This document shows, in pieces, positions 15,991 through 23,856 of a stretch of 37,444 nucleotides of DNA (the stretch's first letter is position 1; each line of letters begins with the position of its first letter). Location of the stretch: positions 1 through 37,444 of IMG/VR virus record IMGVR_UViG_3300045988_122803; one strand, given 5' to 3'. Source of the DNA: a virus. Below the pieces are notes generated by a model, which was given only the letters and a program-made list of their open reading frames with translations, was not told the DNA's origin and did not search any database. A program made the translations under genes and the position numbers.

Positions 15991-16573
15991 GTTACGCGGC
16001 GACGAGCAGCCGGCGCCGGCTGATGAATTACGCGCACTGGAGTTTATGCGCTGGTATGCAGCGAATACGGATAAGCTAAAATATTATATCCGCGGCGCGG
16101 GGTATCCGGTAGACGACGATCTACTTAGCGCTACGATGCTAAAGATATACGATATCATTGCGCTGAAAGGCAGGCAGATTAAGGACTATACCGGTTTTTT
16201 CCTGCAATCGTACCGCGGCGTGTTTATAAACGAAGAAAAGAAAAAAACGCGCAGCGCCTGTTTATTTGCCCCCCTTTCCCCGGAAAAGGCCGCCGGACTG
16301 GATGCGCCCGCACCGGCCGACAGCGGGGAATACGAGAAGGCGGTAGAAATGCTTAACGCCGAAGTTTTAGAATATGTACGCGATACCTTCGACGAGGTAA
16401 GCGTGTCGCTCTTCGAAATGTACGTAGGGCTTTCGCCCGACATATCGTACAAAAGGCTATCCGCGATGCTGGGAATACCCTTTACAAAAGTGTGGATGAG
16501 CATAGGTAATGTAAAAAAAAGCGTAGTCCGGAAGTTCGGAACCAAAAAGGATTTCGTTCTATCCTTAATATAA
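15965..16573 (+). CDS. Sigma-70/ECF-like transcription factor (candidate late-gene regulator)
   Basis: 202 aa. Region-2-like DDLLSATMLKIYDIIALKGRQIKDYTGFFLQSYRGVFINEEKK. Region-4-like HTH VSVSLFEMYVGLSPDISYKRLSAMLGIPFTKVWMSIGNVKKSVVRKF. Sits between the replication and packaging modules. Confidence 0.45.
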   Translation: MNTGKKYIKLRGDEQPAPADELRALEFMRWYAANTDKLKYYIRGAGYPVDDDLLSATMLKIYDIIALKGRQIKDYTGFFLQSYRGVFINEEKKKTRSACLFAPLSPEKAAGLDAPAPADSGEYEKAVEMLNAEVLEYVRDTFDEVSVSLFEMYVGLSPDISYKRLSAMLGIPFTKVWMSIGNVKKSVVRKFGTKKDFVLSLI

Positions 16574-16582
16574 AATCGCAGT

Positions 16583-16596
16583 AAATTGTCTTTATA
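16583..16596 (+). promoter_or_regulatory. Late-operon motif copy 1 (AAATTGTCTTTATA)
   Basis: 14 nt upstream of ATG 16611, in the 37-bp gap after the sigma-like ORF. Confidence 0.5.
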
Positions 16597-16610
16597 TAAA
16601 TACAGCAAGT

Positions 16611-16931
16611 ATGAACACAGTAATTTTTTTATCTGGCGTTGCCGCGATAGTCGCGTTTAACGCGTTTATAGCCTTCACATTAGGGTGGTTGTTTACCGAG
16701 GTTATAAGGCTTCCGTTAAACTTTAAACCTTTTACGTGCAGGCCGTGCCTTACGTTTTGGTTTACGGTTATACAGGGTGTAATCTTAGCGTTAATTCTTA
16801 CGCCGTATTTTCCCTGGGCCGAAAATCTGCAGGTAAGTACTGTAATCCGTTTCGGGCTTATCGGGGTGGGAGTTCTGACAGGACTTATAAACTTTTTATA
16901 CATAAAACTAAAATTTAAAATCTATGACTAA
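16611..16931 (+). CDS. Membrane protein with 3 TM helices (holin candidate)
   Basis: 106 aa. Hydrophobic segments at about aa 5-28, 45-66 and 78-98; charged C-terminus KLKFKIYD. First gene behind late motif copy 1. Confidence 0.5.
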   Translation: MNTVIFLSGVAAIVAFNAFIAFTLGWLFTEVIRLPLNFKPFTCRPCLTFWFTVIQGVILALILTPYFPWAENLQVSTVIRFGLIGVGVLTGLINFLYIKLKFKIYD

Positions 16932-17433
16932 AGCAAAAACGAAAGGGCCGGATTACGGTAATGTAACACCCGCCCTGATCGGGCAGGTTAGGAAAGTAAT
17001 CGCCGACGGAGCCCGACACCATTATAGCGTATCGAAGGTGTACGGGGCGTATAATGCAGTTTTCGGCAAGAAGGACACGCCGCAGACGTGCAGTAGTTGT
17101 TTACGTAACCGGGTACGCGAGTTGTGCAAATGGCTGGAGGGGTATGAAAAGCACAGCGAAAACGCCGCGCCGCAGTATGACGATCCGGCCGCACCTGGTT
17201 TTATTGAGCCTGCAAATGGCATAGTACGCTATCCGATGGCAGAGGGAATTCCTTTCGACTTTTTGCCGGACGAAGGCACGGCCGTAAAGGGCTCTGTTAT
17301 CCGGGCGGACGGGTCTAAAGTCAGGCCGGGAACGTATATCACCGCGGAGGGTTTAAAGATTGTAGTACAGCCCGGCGGCAGAGCGAACATTAAGGAAGAC
17401 CCGGACGATAACCACACTAACGAGTTATTGTAA
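16924..17433 (+). CDS. Hypothetical protein (169 aa)
   Basis: Overlaps both neighbours (8 nt upstream, TAATG downstream). No motif recognised. Confidence 0.5.
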   Translation: MTKAKTKGPDYGNVTPALIGQVRKVIADGARHHYSVSKVYGAYNAVFGKKDTPQTCSSCLRNRVRELCKWLEGYEKHSENAAPQYDDPAAPGFIEPANGIVRYPMAEGIPFDFLPDEGTAVKGSVIRADGSKVRPGTYITAEGLKIVVQPGGRANIKEDPDDNHTNELL

Positions 17434-17957
17434 TGTCTTTAACGGGGAATCAGTTCTGGCGGCTTCGCACCAAACACGGACGCGATAAGCTATTCAGCGA
17501 CGCAGAAACGCTGTGGCGCGAAGCCTGCCTTTATTTTGACTGGTGCGATCGACACCCGCTTAAAAAGGCCGAACTGGTAAAGTATAAAGGCGCGTACGAA
17601 GAGGCGGGAGTGACATTAGCCAGGGCGTATACCGTGGACGGCCTTACCCGGTATCTTGGTGTGTCCGGCAGTTATTTCAGGACTGCAAAATCGCGTCTCC
17701 GCGAAAAAATAGAAAGAGGAGGGGCGGCCTTATCCGAAATTAGTCTACTGGAAACGATAGAATTAATAGAGCAGACTGTACGTACGCAGCAAATCGAGGG
17801 CGCCGCCGCCGGTATTTTTTCTGCCGGTCTGGTTGCGCGTCTTAACGGCCTCGCAGAGAATACAAACGTTACAAACGCCGGAGAAGCCGTACTTCGCGTA
17901 ACGGTCCGCGATCAGGAAACAGCGGATAACTTGGCCTTATTGGATGAATTATTGTAG
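17433..17957 (+). CDS. terS: Terminase small subunit
   Basis: N-terminal NQFWRLRTKHGRDKLFSDAETLWREACLYFDWCD pattern seen in small terminase families. Immediately precedes and overlaps the large terminase gene. Confidence 0.65.
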   Translation: MSLTGNQFWRLRTKHGRDKLFSDAETLWREACLYFDWCDRHPLKKAELVKYKGAYEEAGVTLARAYTVDGLTRYLGVSGSYFRTAKSRLREKIERGGAALSEISLLETIELIEQTVRTQQIEGAAAGIFSAGLVARLNGLAENTNVTNAGEAVLRVTVRDQETADNLALLDELL

Positions 17958-19135
17958 TGGATACGACGAAAGTATATAGCGACCTGTTAGCGGCTTATAT
18001 TAACCCCGAGATACGTATAATAGCCTTAGAGGGGTCTACACGTTCCGGCAAAACGTGGGCCGCTCTGCAATTGCTTAATACGATTATGTACCGGACGAAA
18101 AAACCGCGCCTGATATCGGTAGTGTCCGAAACTCTCCCGCACCTTAAAAGGGGCTGTATACGCGATCACCGGGACATGTTAGAAGCAGACGGCATGTATG
18201 ACCCGAACGCCTGGCATGACACGGACAAGATATACAGGGCCGGTAAAGGGGCTATGGAGTTTTTTGGTGCAGACAGCCCCGGCAAGGTTTTAGGTCCCGC
18301 CCGGGACATTTTATTTGTAAACGAGTGTATTAACATATCGTACGACGTTTGCCGGCATCTGATGGTACGTACTAAGGAAAAAGTAATTTTGGACTATAAC
18401 CCGGCATTCGAGTTTTGGGTAGATAGTAAGATAGCGCCGCGGGCCGACGCGGTAATACTGCACTCTACGTATCTGGATAACGACAAACTTACCGCATCGC
18501 AGATCGCCGAGATCGAGAGTAACCGCGATACAGACCCGGAATGGTGGAAAGTATACGGGCTTGGCGAAAAGGGAAGTAAGCAGGGGTTAATTATCCAGAA
18601 CTGGGATATAGTTACCGACCTGCCCCCGCGCAATACCTGGAAAAAAGCGTATATCGGGCTGGACTGGGGATGGTCCGTACCTTCCGCGATAGAATTGGTC
18701 GTATTAGGCGAAGGCGGCGAAGTGTGGATAGACGAGATAGGATATGCGCCTAACCTGGATAATCCCGAAATAGCTAAAACTATAATAGCTGCCGGCTATA
18801 AGGACTTGGAAATAATCGCCGATCCCGCGGAACCTAAAAGCAAAGCCGAATTACGGAACTTCGGGCTAAACGTTCCGGACGGCATCGTGAAAGATATAGA
18901 TTTGGGCATACGCGTTGTTAACCGGTATAAAAAACATTACACATCCCGGTCGCTCGGGAGCATCGACGAAAACCGCAAATACAGGTATAAGCAGGACATA
19001 GACGGAAATTATACAGGCGCTCCTGTCGATGCCTTTAACCACGCAAAAGACGCGGAACGTTATGTATTCTTAAACCGTCTTAGTAATATTTCGTCCGGGT
19101 TCGATGTAACGGTAGGGTCAGCAGCCCGCAAATAA
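17957..19135 (+). CDS. terL: Terminase large subunit (PBSX/Terminase_3-like)
   Basis: GTG start overlapping the terS stop. Walker A EGSTRSGKTW; ..LFVNEC.. Walker B-like; ILDYNPAFEFW; C-terminal nuclease-like ..HAKDAERY. Confidence 0.85.
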   Translation: MDTTKVYSDLLAAYINPEIRIIALEGSTRSGKTWAALQLLNTIMYRTKKPRLISVVSETLPHLKRGCIRDHRDMLEADGMYDPNAWHDTDKIYRAGKGAMEFFGADSPGKVLGPARDILFVNECINISYDVCRHLMVRTKEKVILDYNPAFEFWVDSKIAPRADAVILHSTYLDNDKLTASQIAEIESNRDTDPEWWKVYGLGEKGSKQGLIIQNWDIVTDLPPRNTWKKAYIGLDWGWSVPSAIELVVLGEGGEVWIDEIGYAPNLDNPEIAKTIIAAGYKDLEIIADPAEPKSKAELRNFGLNVPDGIVKDIDLGIRVVNRYKKHYTSRSLGSIDENRKYRYKQDIDGNYTGAPVDAFNHAKDAERYVFLNRLSNISSGFDVTVGSAARK

Positions 19136-19144
19136 ATCGAGGAA

Positions 19145-19597
19145 ATGGAACAGATAAGCAAAAATTTCAGCATGGCCGAGTTTAGCGCAAGCGCTACGGC
19201 GGCCAGTGCGGGTATTTTAAACGATATACCCGGCAATGTAAAGCCCGCTGTACGGGCGTTAGTGTCAGAACTTTTACAGCCGCTTTGCGATTACGCAGGG
19301 TGGCGCGGTAAGATTAACAGCGGCTACAGGTCTCCGGCCTTAAACGGGCTGGTTGGCGGTGTTGCAACTTCGCAGCATGTCCGGGGGGAGGCGGCCGATG
19401 TGGTATTTTTTAGAAAAGAAGGCGGGAAGACGATATACATTGCGTCCGTCGAAGTGTTGCGCGTGCTTACGGCTTCCGGCCTTAACTTCGATCAGGCAAT
19501 AGCTTATAATGGTTTTGTACACTTATCGTACACTACTGCGAGGCCGAACCGCCGGCAAATACTGTATAACAGTTTTTACACAGGAGGCCGGATATGA
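19145..19597 (+). CDS. Peptidase M15 family cell-wall hydrolase (endolysin)
   Basis: FSMAEF.., INSGYRSPALN, zinc ligands SQHVRGEAADV and FVHLS (H-x6-D ... H). Confidence 0.85.
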   Translation: MEQISKNFSMAEFSASATAASAGILNDIPGNVKPAVRALVSELLQPLCDYAGWRGKINSGYRSPALNGLVGGVATSQHVRGEAADVVFFRKEGGKTIYIASVEVLRVLTASGLNFDQAIAYNGFVHLSYTTARPNRRQILYNSFYTGGRI

Positions 19598-20118
19598 AAC
19601 GCAGGACATATATAGCGCTGGTGATTGCTTCATTTATAGCAGGCGCACTGTTCCGGAAATGCCGGCCGGACGCAACGCCGTTTGAACCTGTAAGGCGCGA
19701 CACGATAGTTACCCTGGATACGGTGTATCCGCCGGTCCCGGAACCGCAAACAGACACGGTATTAAAATACGATACCGTAATACTTCATATAAAGCCCGTA
19801 GACGACATAACTTCTATTGTAGATACTTCCGGCTATACCGGGGATACAATGTCGCAAATAAAGCCCATAAGCGGCGTAATTCTGCCCATTACTCGAAGGA
19901 CGTATAAGACGGAAGATTATATGGCTGTCGTGGAGGGGTATAAAGCGCGTCTGGTTAGTATCGAGCTATACCGGAAAAACGTAACAGTAACGAATACGGT
20001 TGTTAACACACGTCCGCCCCGCTGGGCGTTAACGCTTGGCCCGGGCGTCGGGTATGGCCCGCATGGGATACAGCCCTACATAGGTGCGACCTTTGGGTTT
20101 GTTCTCTGGAGTAAATAA
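19594..20118 (+). CDS. N-terminally membrane-anchored protein (lysis accessory candidate)
   Basis: ATGA-coupled to the endolysin gene. N-terminal TM YIALVIASFIAGALF; Gly/aromatic-rich C-terminus LGPGVGYGPHGIQPYIGATFGFVLWSK. Confidence 0.5.
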   Translation: MKRRTYIALVIASFIAGALFRKCRPDATPFEPVRRDTIVTLDTVYPPVPEPQTDTVLKYDTVILHIKPVDDITSIVDTSGYTGDTMSQIKPISGVILPITRRTYKTEDYMAVVEGYKARLVSIELYRKNVTVTNTVVNTRPPRWALTLGPGVGYGPHGIQPYIGATFGFVLWSK

Positions 20119-20147
20119 AAAAAATATAGCATTTTTGTTATAAAATA

Positions 20148-20179
20148 TTTGGAAGTTTATAGCATAATAGTTATATTTG
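20148..20179 (+). promoter_or_regulatory. Consensus promoter TTTG-N20-TATATTTG for hicA
   Basis: TTTG at 20148-20151 and TATATTTG at 20172-20179, 26 nt upstream of ATG 20205. Confidence 0.55.
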
Positions 20180-20204
20180 TACTGTAAAGTAAAAGTTCTT
20201 TGAT

Positions 20205-20387
20205 ATGAAGTATTCAGAACTGGTTGCGGCTTTAAAGGCCGCGGGGTGCTACATTAAACGAAACGGCGCAAATCACGACATTTGGTACAGCCCGGCTACA
20301 AAACAGGTCTTTCCTGTACCACGTCACGGCAGCCACGAGGTCCCGAAAGGAACCGAAATCAGCATCCGTAAAAAGGCGGGGATTTAA
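20205..20387 (+). CDS. hicA: HicA mRNA-interferase toxin
   Basis: 60 aa. ..LKAAGCYIKRNGANHDIWYSP...VPRHGSHEVPKGTEISIRKKAGI is the canonical HicA/YcfA pattern. Confidence 0.9.
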   Translation: MKYSELVAALKAAGCYIKRNGANHDIWYSPATKQVFPVPRHGSHEVPKGTEISIRKKAGI

Positions 20388-20393
20388 TCCCCG
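20375..20393 (+). terminator. GC-rich hairpin overlapping the hicA stop codon
   Basis: GCGGGGA(20375-20381)/TCCCCGC(20387-20393), 5-nt loop, followed by TTTACTT. Confidence 0.35.
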
Positions 20394-20448
20394 CTTTACT
20401 TAGATCAGGTGCTTTGTTCTTAGACTTTTACTTTAAAATTTAAAAGGT

Positions 20449-20844
20449 ATGAAGGCAACTATTATTATCGAAAAGGCGAAAGACGGTTATTTTTCCTGCT
20501 ATATGCAGGATGAAAAATTCGATTTCGGGTTAATCGGTCACGGCGAAACCGCCGCCGGGGCGAAAAACGACTTATTAGCGGCGTACGAAGAAATAAAAAA
20601 ATTGAAACGGGAAGAAGGCGAGGCCGTCCCCGAATTAAATTTTGAATTTAAGTACGATCTGCAATCTTTTTTCGACTACTTTAAGTTTATAAATGTGTCG
20701 AAACTGGCGGAAGAGGCGGGGATTAATCCGTCCCTATTGCGGCAATATAATTCAGGTTCGGTGAAGGCCGGGCAAAAACAGTACGATAAATTACAGGCAT
20801 GTATACGGCGTATAGGACACGAGTTAATTACCGCTAAGTTTTAA
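20449..20844 (+). CDS. hicB: HicB-family antitoxin with C-terminal DNA-binding region
   Basis: N-terminal MKATIIIEKAKDGYFSCYMQDE...GHGETAAGAKNDLLAAYEEI (HicB fold pattern). C-terminal ..VSKLAEEAGINPSLLRQYNSG.. is HTH-like. Directly downstream of hicA. Confidence 0.75.
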   Translation: MKATIIIEKAKDGYFSCYMQDEKFDFGLIGHGETAAGAKNDLLAAYEEIKKLKREEGEAVPELNFEFKYDLQSFFDYFKFINVSKLAEEAGINPSLLRQYNSGSVKAGQKQYDKLQACIRRIGHELITAKF

Positions 20845-20890
20845 TATCCCAACGCCGTGAGGCGTTAATACTTTTACTTTACAAAAGAAG

Positions 20891-20919
20891 GAGCCGTCCA
20901 CGAATGGGCGGCTTTTTTT
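20891..20919. terminator. Strong rho-independent terminator between convergent hicB and the 20921-21259 gene
   Basis: AGCCGTCCA/TGGGCGGCT stem (one G-U pair), CGAA loop, followed by T8 (20912-20919). A second small hairpin AACGCC-GTGA-GGCGTT lies at 20851-20866. Confidence 0.75.
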
Positions 20920-20920
20920 T

Positions 20921-21259
20921 CTAGTAGACACCGGGCGGCTCCCGTGTAGGACACCCTCGTGTTTTGCATATCTGAATTATTAATAGTTCTTTATCCAGTT
21001 CTAACCTATTATTTTTTTGGGTTAGGTCTAAATTACGTTTTTGCTCTTCCCGGAGTTCTTTATACAAAGCATCTACTTTCGCGTCCCGGTTGGCTAAACG
21101 CGTTTCGTATCGGTCTATCTGCTTTTCGTGTACGGCAATCTCGGCATCTTTCGCGCTTGCATTCTCTTTCCGGGCATAGGCTTTTCGGTTTATCAGCCAG
21201 TTAAAAAACTCGCGTCCGCCCAAAGATGCGAGTATTGCGGCTATTACGGTCCAGTCCAT
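20921..21259 (-). CDS. Membrane-anchored coiled-coil protein (112 aa)
   Basis: N-terminal TM WTVIAAILASLGG, then a long charged heptad-like region (..IDRYETRLANRDAKVDALYKELREEQKRNLDL..). Last gene of the inverted block. Confidence 0.5.
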   Translation of the reverse strand: MDWTVIAAILASLGGREFFNWLINRKAYARKENASAKDAEIAVHEKQIDRYETRLANRDAKVDALYKELREEQKRNLDLTQKNNRLELDKELLIIQICKTRGCPTREPPGVY

Positions 21260-21273
21260 TTTTTTTTAAAAGT

Positions 21274-21813
21274 TTAGGAGGGAATGTATATGCCGGCATC
21301 AAACGGGCTAACGGCAGAGCCGTTGCCGTCGTCCCATTCGGGGCCACATCCGCAGCCCCGGCCGGGCTTCCACAGGGGGTAAAGCGTTTTACAGCTACAA
21401 AGGTACTCTATTAAGTCCCGGGCGAGTTCTTCGGCGTCGTCCTTAATCCAGCGGCGAAGCTGGGCTATGTCGTTTATAGTTACTGCGTCGCTGTTTTCGC
21501 TGTTACGCAGCGTTACGCCTTTGTTTACAATGCTAGCCCAATGAAACGGAATACCCTGATACACAGCGTAAAATGATAGAGAGGGTGCGATTTTTAACAG
21601 TAACGCCTGATTAGCCGGCGTTATCGTGTCGTTACCTAGGCTGGCCGATTTTATCTGGTCTTTTAGTTCGTCGGTTAACGGCTTGCCTAATATGCGCTCT
21701 ATATACATCTTTTGCGCAATGTTTATGTACGGTACGAATTTAGATATTATCGTATCTTCTTTTATCGGCCCGTTTTCCTTAAATAGTTCTTCGTTAATTA
21801 ATACTACGTCCAT
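21274..21813 (-). CDS. Hypothetical virion-module protein (possible head-tail adaptor)
   Basis: 179 aa, 13 nt downstream of the portal gene on the same strand. The role is inferred from position only. Confidence 0.45.
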   Translation of the reverse strand: MDVVLINEELFKENGPIKEDTIISKFVPYINIAQKMYIERILGKPLTDELKDQIKSASLGNDTITPANQALLLKIAPSLSFYAVYQGIPFHWASIVNKGVTLRNSENSDAVTINDIAQLRRWIKDDAEELARDLIEYLCSCKTLYPLWKPGRGCGCGPEWDDGNGSAVSPFDAGIYIPS

Positions 21814-21825
21814 AATATATTTTTT

Positions 21826-23049
21826 TTAAAATGCCTTAACGGATAACATACGCTTTAACAACCGGATTACCGCGTTACCTTTTTTCGACAGAGTGGTAGT
21901 TTTTTCGCCGGCCTGCTCGTCTATCTGTTCGTATTCGGTGTCCTGTATTTTAGGCAATACGTCCAGATCGTCTATAACCAGTTCTCCGGTACGGTTTATC
22001 TTAGTAAAAATGTTAAGTTTATCTAGTATCTTGCGTCGTAGCTTTTCGATAACCGTGTAGTTATAAAGTACATACGCGTCGATTATTTCAGCGGCGTTCC
22101 CGCTTAGGTTTCCCGATCCGGATACACCTGCCAGCGTAGGGCTGCTTAAACGGTGCGCGCTTATAATTTTTTGGAACACTATACTTTCGACGTTATTGTA
22201 AATATCCGCGTTGGCGCTGGCATTAAACGGTGTTATACCCGGCTTAACGGCGTCATTCTCTCCCCACAGGATAACAATAGCCGATGCCCCCTTAGCGCCG
22301 GCGAAAGCGTTTTCCATTTTCCGTTGGAACTCCGCTTTCTTTTCATCCGACGGATTATTAGGCATGTTAATAACGACAGACGGCGTAAAGCCGTTGTCTA
22401 CGCTGTTGTTATAGAACAGGCCTAGGGCGCCGTCCGCTTTAACATACTCGATTGCCGGGTAATAACCCGGGACACAATAGAAATCGAGGCCCGGCGTATA
22501 ATCCCAGTGGTAGAACAGGTAAGCGACGCCCCTTTTTGCCTTGTTTACACTTCCGGGCCATACTGGGAGTTCTAGGGGTTTATTCTTTCCGCTCGTTTTC
22601 GTCCAGTCTTTCGAGATGCGGAATGTTTCGGGTTTTCCTGTTTCGGTAATTTCTCCGATCCGGACTTGGCTAAAGTCCTGATGAAAAACCGAAACGGTCG
22701 TACTGCCTTTATTTACTATTATCTGTAAATAGAAGCCGCCGAAAGTTTTGTAATCTTTAGCGACTTTTTCTATTAAGTCGTCCCAGCTTTCATCCGCGTT
22801 TGGTACGCCGACATATTTTTTAGCTGTGTTGCTGTCGCGGACGCCTTTACCGCAAATATATGTTACCGTACTCTCTATTATAGAGGCGTTTACTGGGCTT
22901 TTACCGTTGTGGGCTATAATTTCCTGGGGGAAAAGGTTCTTATCTCCGAACGCCACCCAGCCGGCACGGTTTAGCGATAGTTTAGGATAAGCCGGCTTAT
23001 CGTCGGACGCACGTAGGTTTATAACCGAGTATGTTTGTATTTCTTCCAT
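21826..23049 (-). CDS. Portal protein
   Basis: 407 aa. Core pattern ..FTPSVVINMPNNPSDEKKAEFQRKMENAFAGAKGASAIVILWGEN.. and ..ISAHRLSSPTLAGVSGSGNLSGNAAEI.. resembles the Phage_portal family. No other portal-sized candidate in the element. Confidence 0.65.
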   Translation of the reverse strand: MEEIQTYSVINLRASDDKPAYPKLSLNRAGWVAFGDKNLFPQEIIAHNGKSPVNASIIESTVTYICGKGVRDSNTAKKYVGVPNADESWDDLIEKVAKDYKTFGGFYLQIIVNKGSTTVSVFHQDFSQVRIGEITETGKPETFRISKDWTKTSGKNKPLELPVWPGSVNKAKRGVAYLFYHWDYTPGLDFYCVPGYYPAIEYVKADGALGLFYNNSVDNGFTPSVVINMPNNPSDEKKAEFQRKMENAFAGAKGASAIVILWGENDAVKPGITPFNASANADIYNNVESIVFQKIISAHRLSSPTLAGVSGSGNLSGNAAEIIDAYVLYNYTVIEKLRRKILDKLNIFTKINRTGELVIDDLDVLPKIQDTEYEQIDEQAGEKTTTLSKKGNAVIRLLKRMLSVKAF

Positions 23050-23064
23050 CTTGATATTTTTTCT

Positions 23065-23078
23065 AATAAAGACAAAAA
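23065..23078 (-). promoter_or_regulatory. Late-operon motif copy 3 (minus strand TTTTTGTCTTTATT)
   Basis: Core TTGTCTTTA read on the minus strand, 15 nt upstream of the portal start codon (23049). Confidence 0.45.
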
Positions 23079-23084
23079 GCGGGC

Positions 23085-23098
23085 AAATTGTCTTTAAT
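23085..23098 (+). promoter_or_regulatory. Late-operon motif copy 2 (AAATTGTCTTTAAT)
   Basis: Ends 2 nt before ATG 23101. Confidence 0.5.
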
Positions 23099-23100
23099 GT

Positions 23101-23829
23101 ATGCTTACGATAGAATACAATAACACTAAAGTATTCGTACCCGAAAACTGGGACGATATAACACTAGGCTTTTACGAATCGATTTACACGGAAAAGCCCG
23201 GAACGACGCGCGAACGGGTTAACCTCGTAGCCCGCATCTGCAAAATAGACGCCGACCTGCTTTTAGGCTGGCCGGTAGGGATTTTTAATAAGATCGTCGA
23301 CACGATCGACTTTTTATTTAAAGATAACCCGGCGCCCCCCGATCCGGTCGTAGAGATAGAAGGCGTTAGGTATGTAGTGCCTATCGAGGAAGAACTAAGC
23401 CTAGGCGCCTGGGTCGACGCGGATAATGTGCAGAGAAACGGGGTAAACGTACTTTCTAACATTCTTTCTATCGTTTGCCGGCCGGCGGGCGAGGATTACA
23501 ATTACAGGAACAACGAAACCCGTGCGGCGATGTTCGCGGCGCTTCCGGTATGTAAGGTGCTGGGGGTTCTCGCTTTTTTTTTACACTACAAAACCGTGTT
23601 AGAACGACGTACAAGGGCTTATACGAAGCTGGCGGACCTGGCCGGCCGATTGCCGCGGAGTATACATATTTTGCAAAATCTTGGGGGTGGTATAAAATTA
23701 TCGCGGATTTGGCAGATACTAAGATACTGCGCTTTAATAGTATTACTTCGTTACCGGTTTCGGAAGCTTTTACGTTCCTGCAATACTGTAAAGACAAAGC
23801 CCGCGCGGAAGAAGCGCAGTACAAATTAG
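23101..23829 (+). CDS. Virion-module protein; zero-frame ORF as written, probably frameshifted at a T9 tract
   Basis: The N-terminal 160 aa look protein-like. After T9 (23574-23582) the zero frame turns Arg/Lys-rich and implausible. The -1 frame stays open to 23870 with normal composition (see finding). Confidence 0.5.
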   Translation: MLTIEYNNTKVFVPENWDDITLGFYESIYTEKPGTTRERVNLVARICKIDADLLLGWPVGIFNKIVDTIDFLFKDNPAPPDPVVEIEGVRYVVPIEEELSLGAWVDADNVQRNGVNVLSNILSIVCRPAGEDYNYRNNETRAAMFAALPVCKVLGVLAFFLHYKTVLERRTRAYTKLADLAGRLPRSIHILQNLGGGIKLSRIWQILRYCALIVLLRYRFRKLLRSCNTVKTKPARKKRSTN

Positions 23830-23856
23830 ACAGGAAGTTAGCAAAACATACGAAAA

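Noticed and set aside
20845-23100. Invertible DNA segment (shufflon or promoter-inversion type) containing the portal block
   Set aside because: I could find no inverted repeats at the two boundaries (20845-20920 versus 23050-23100), and no invertase gene is nearby.
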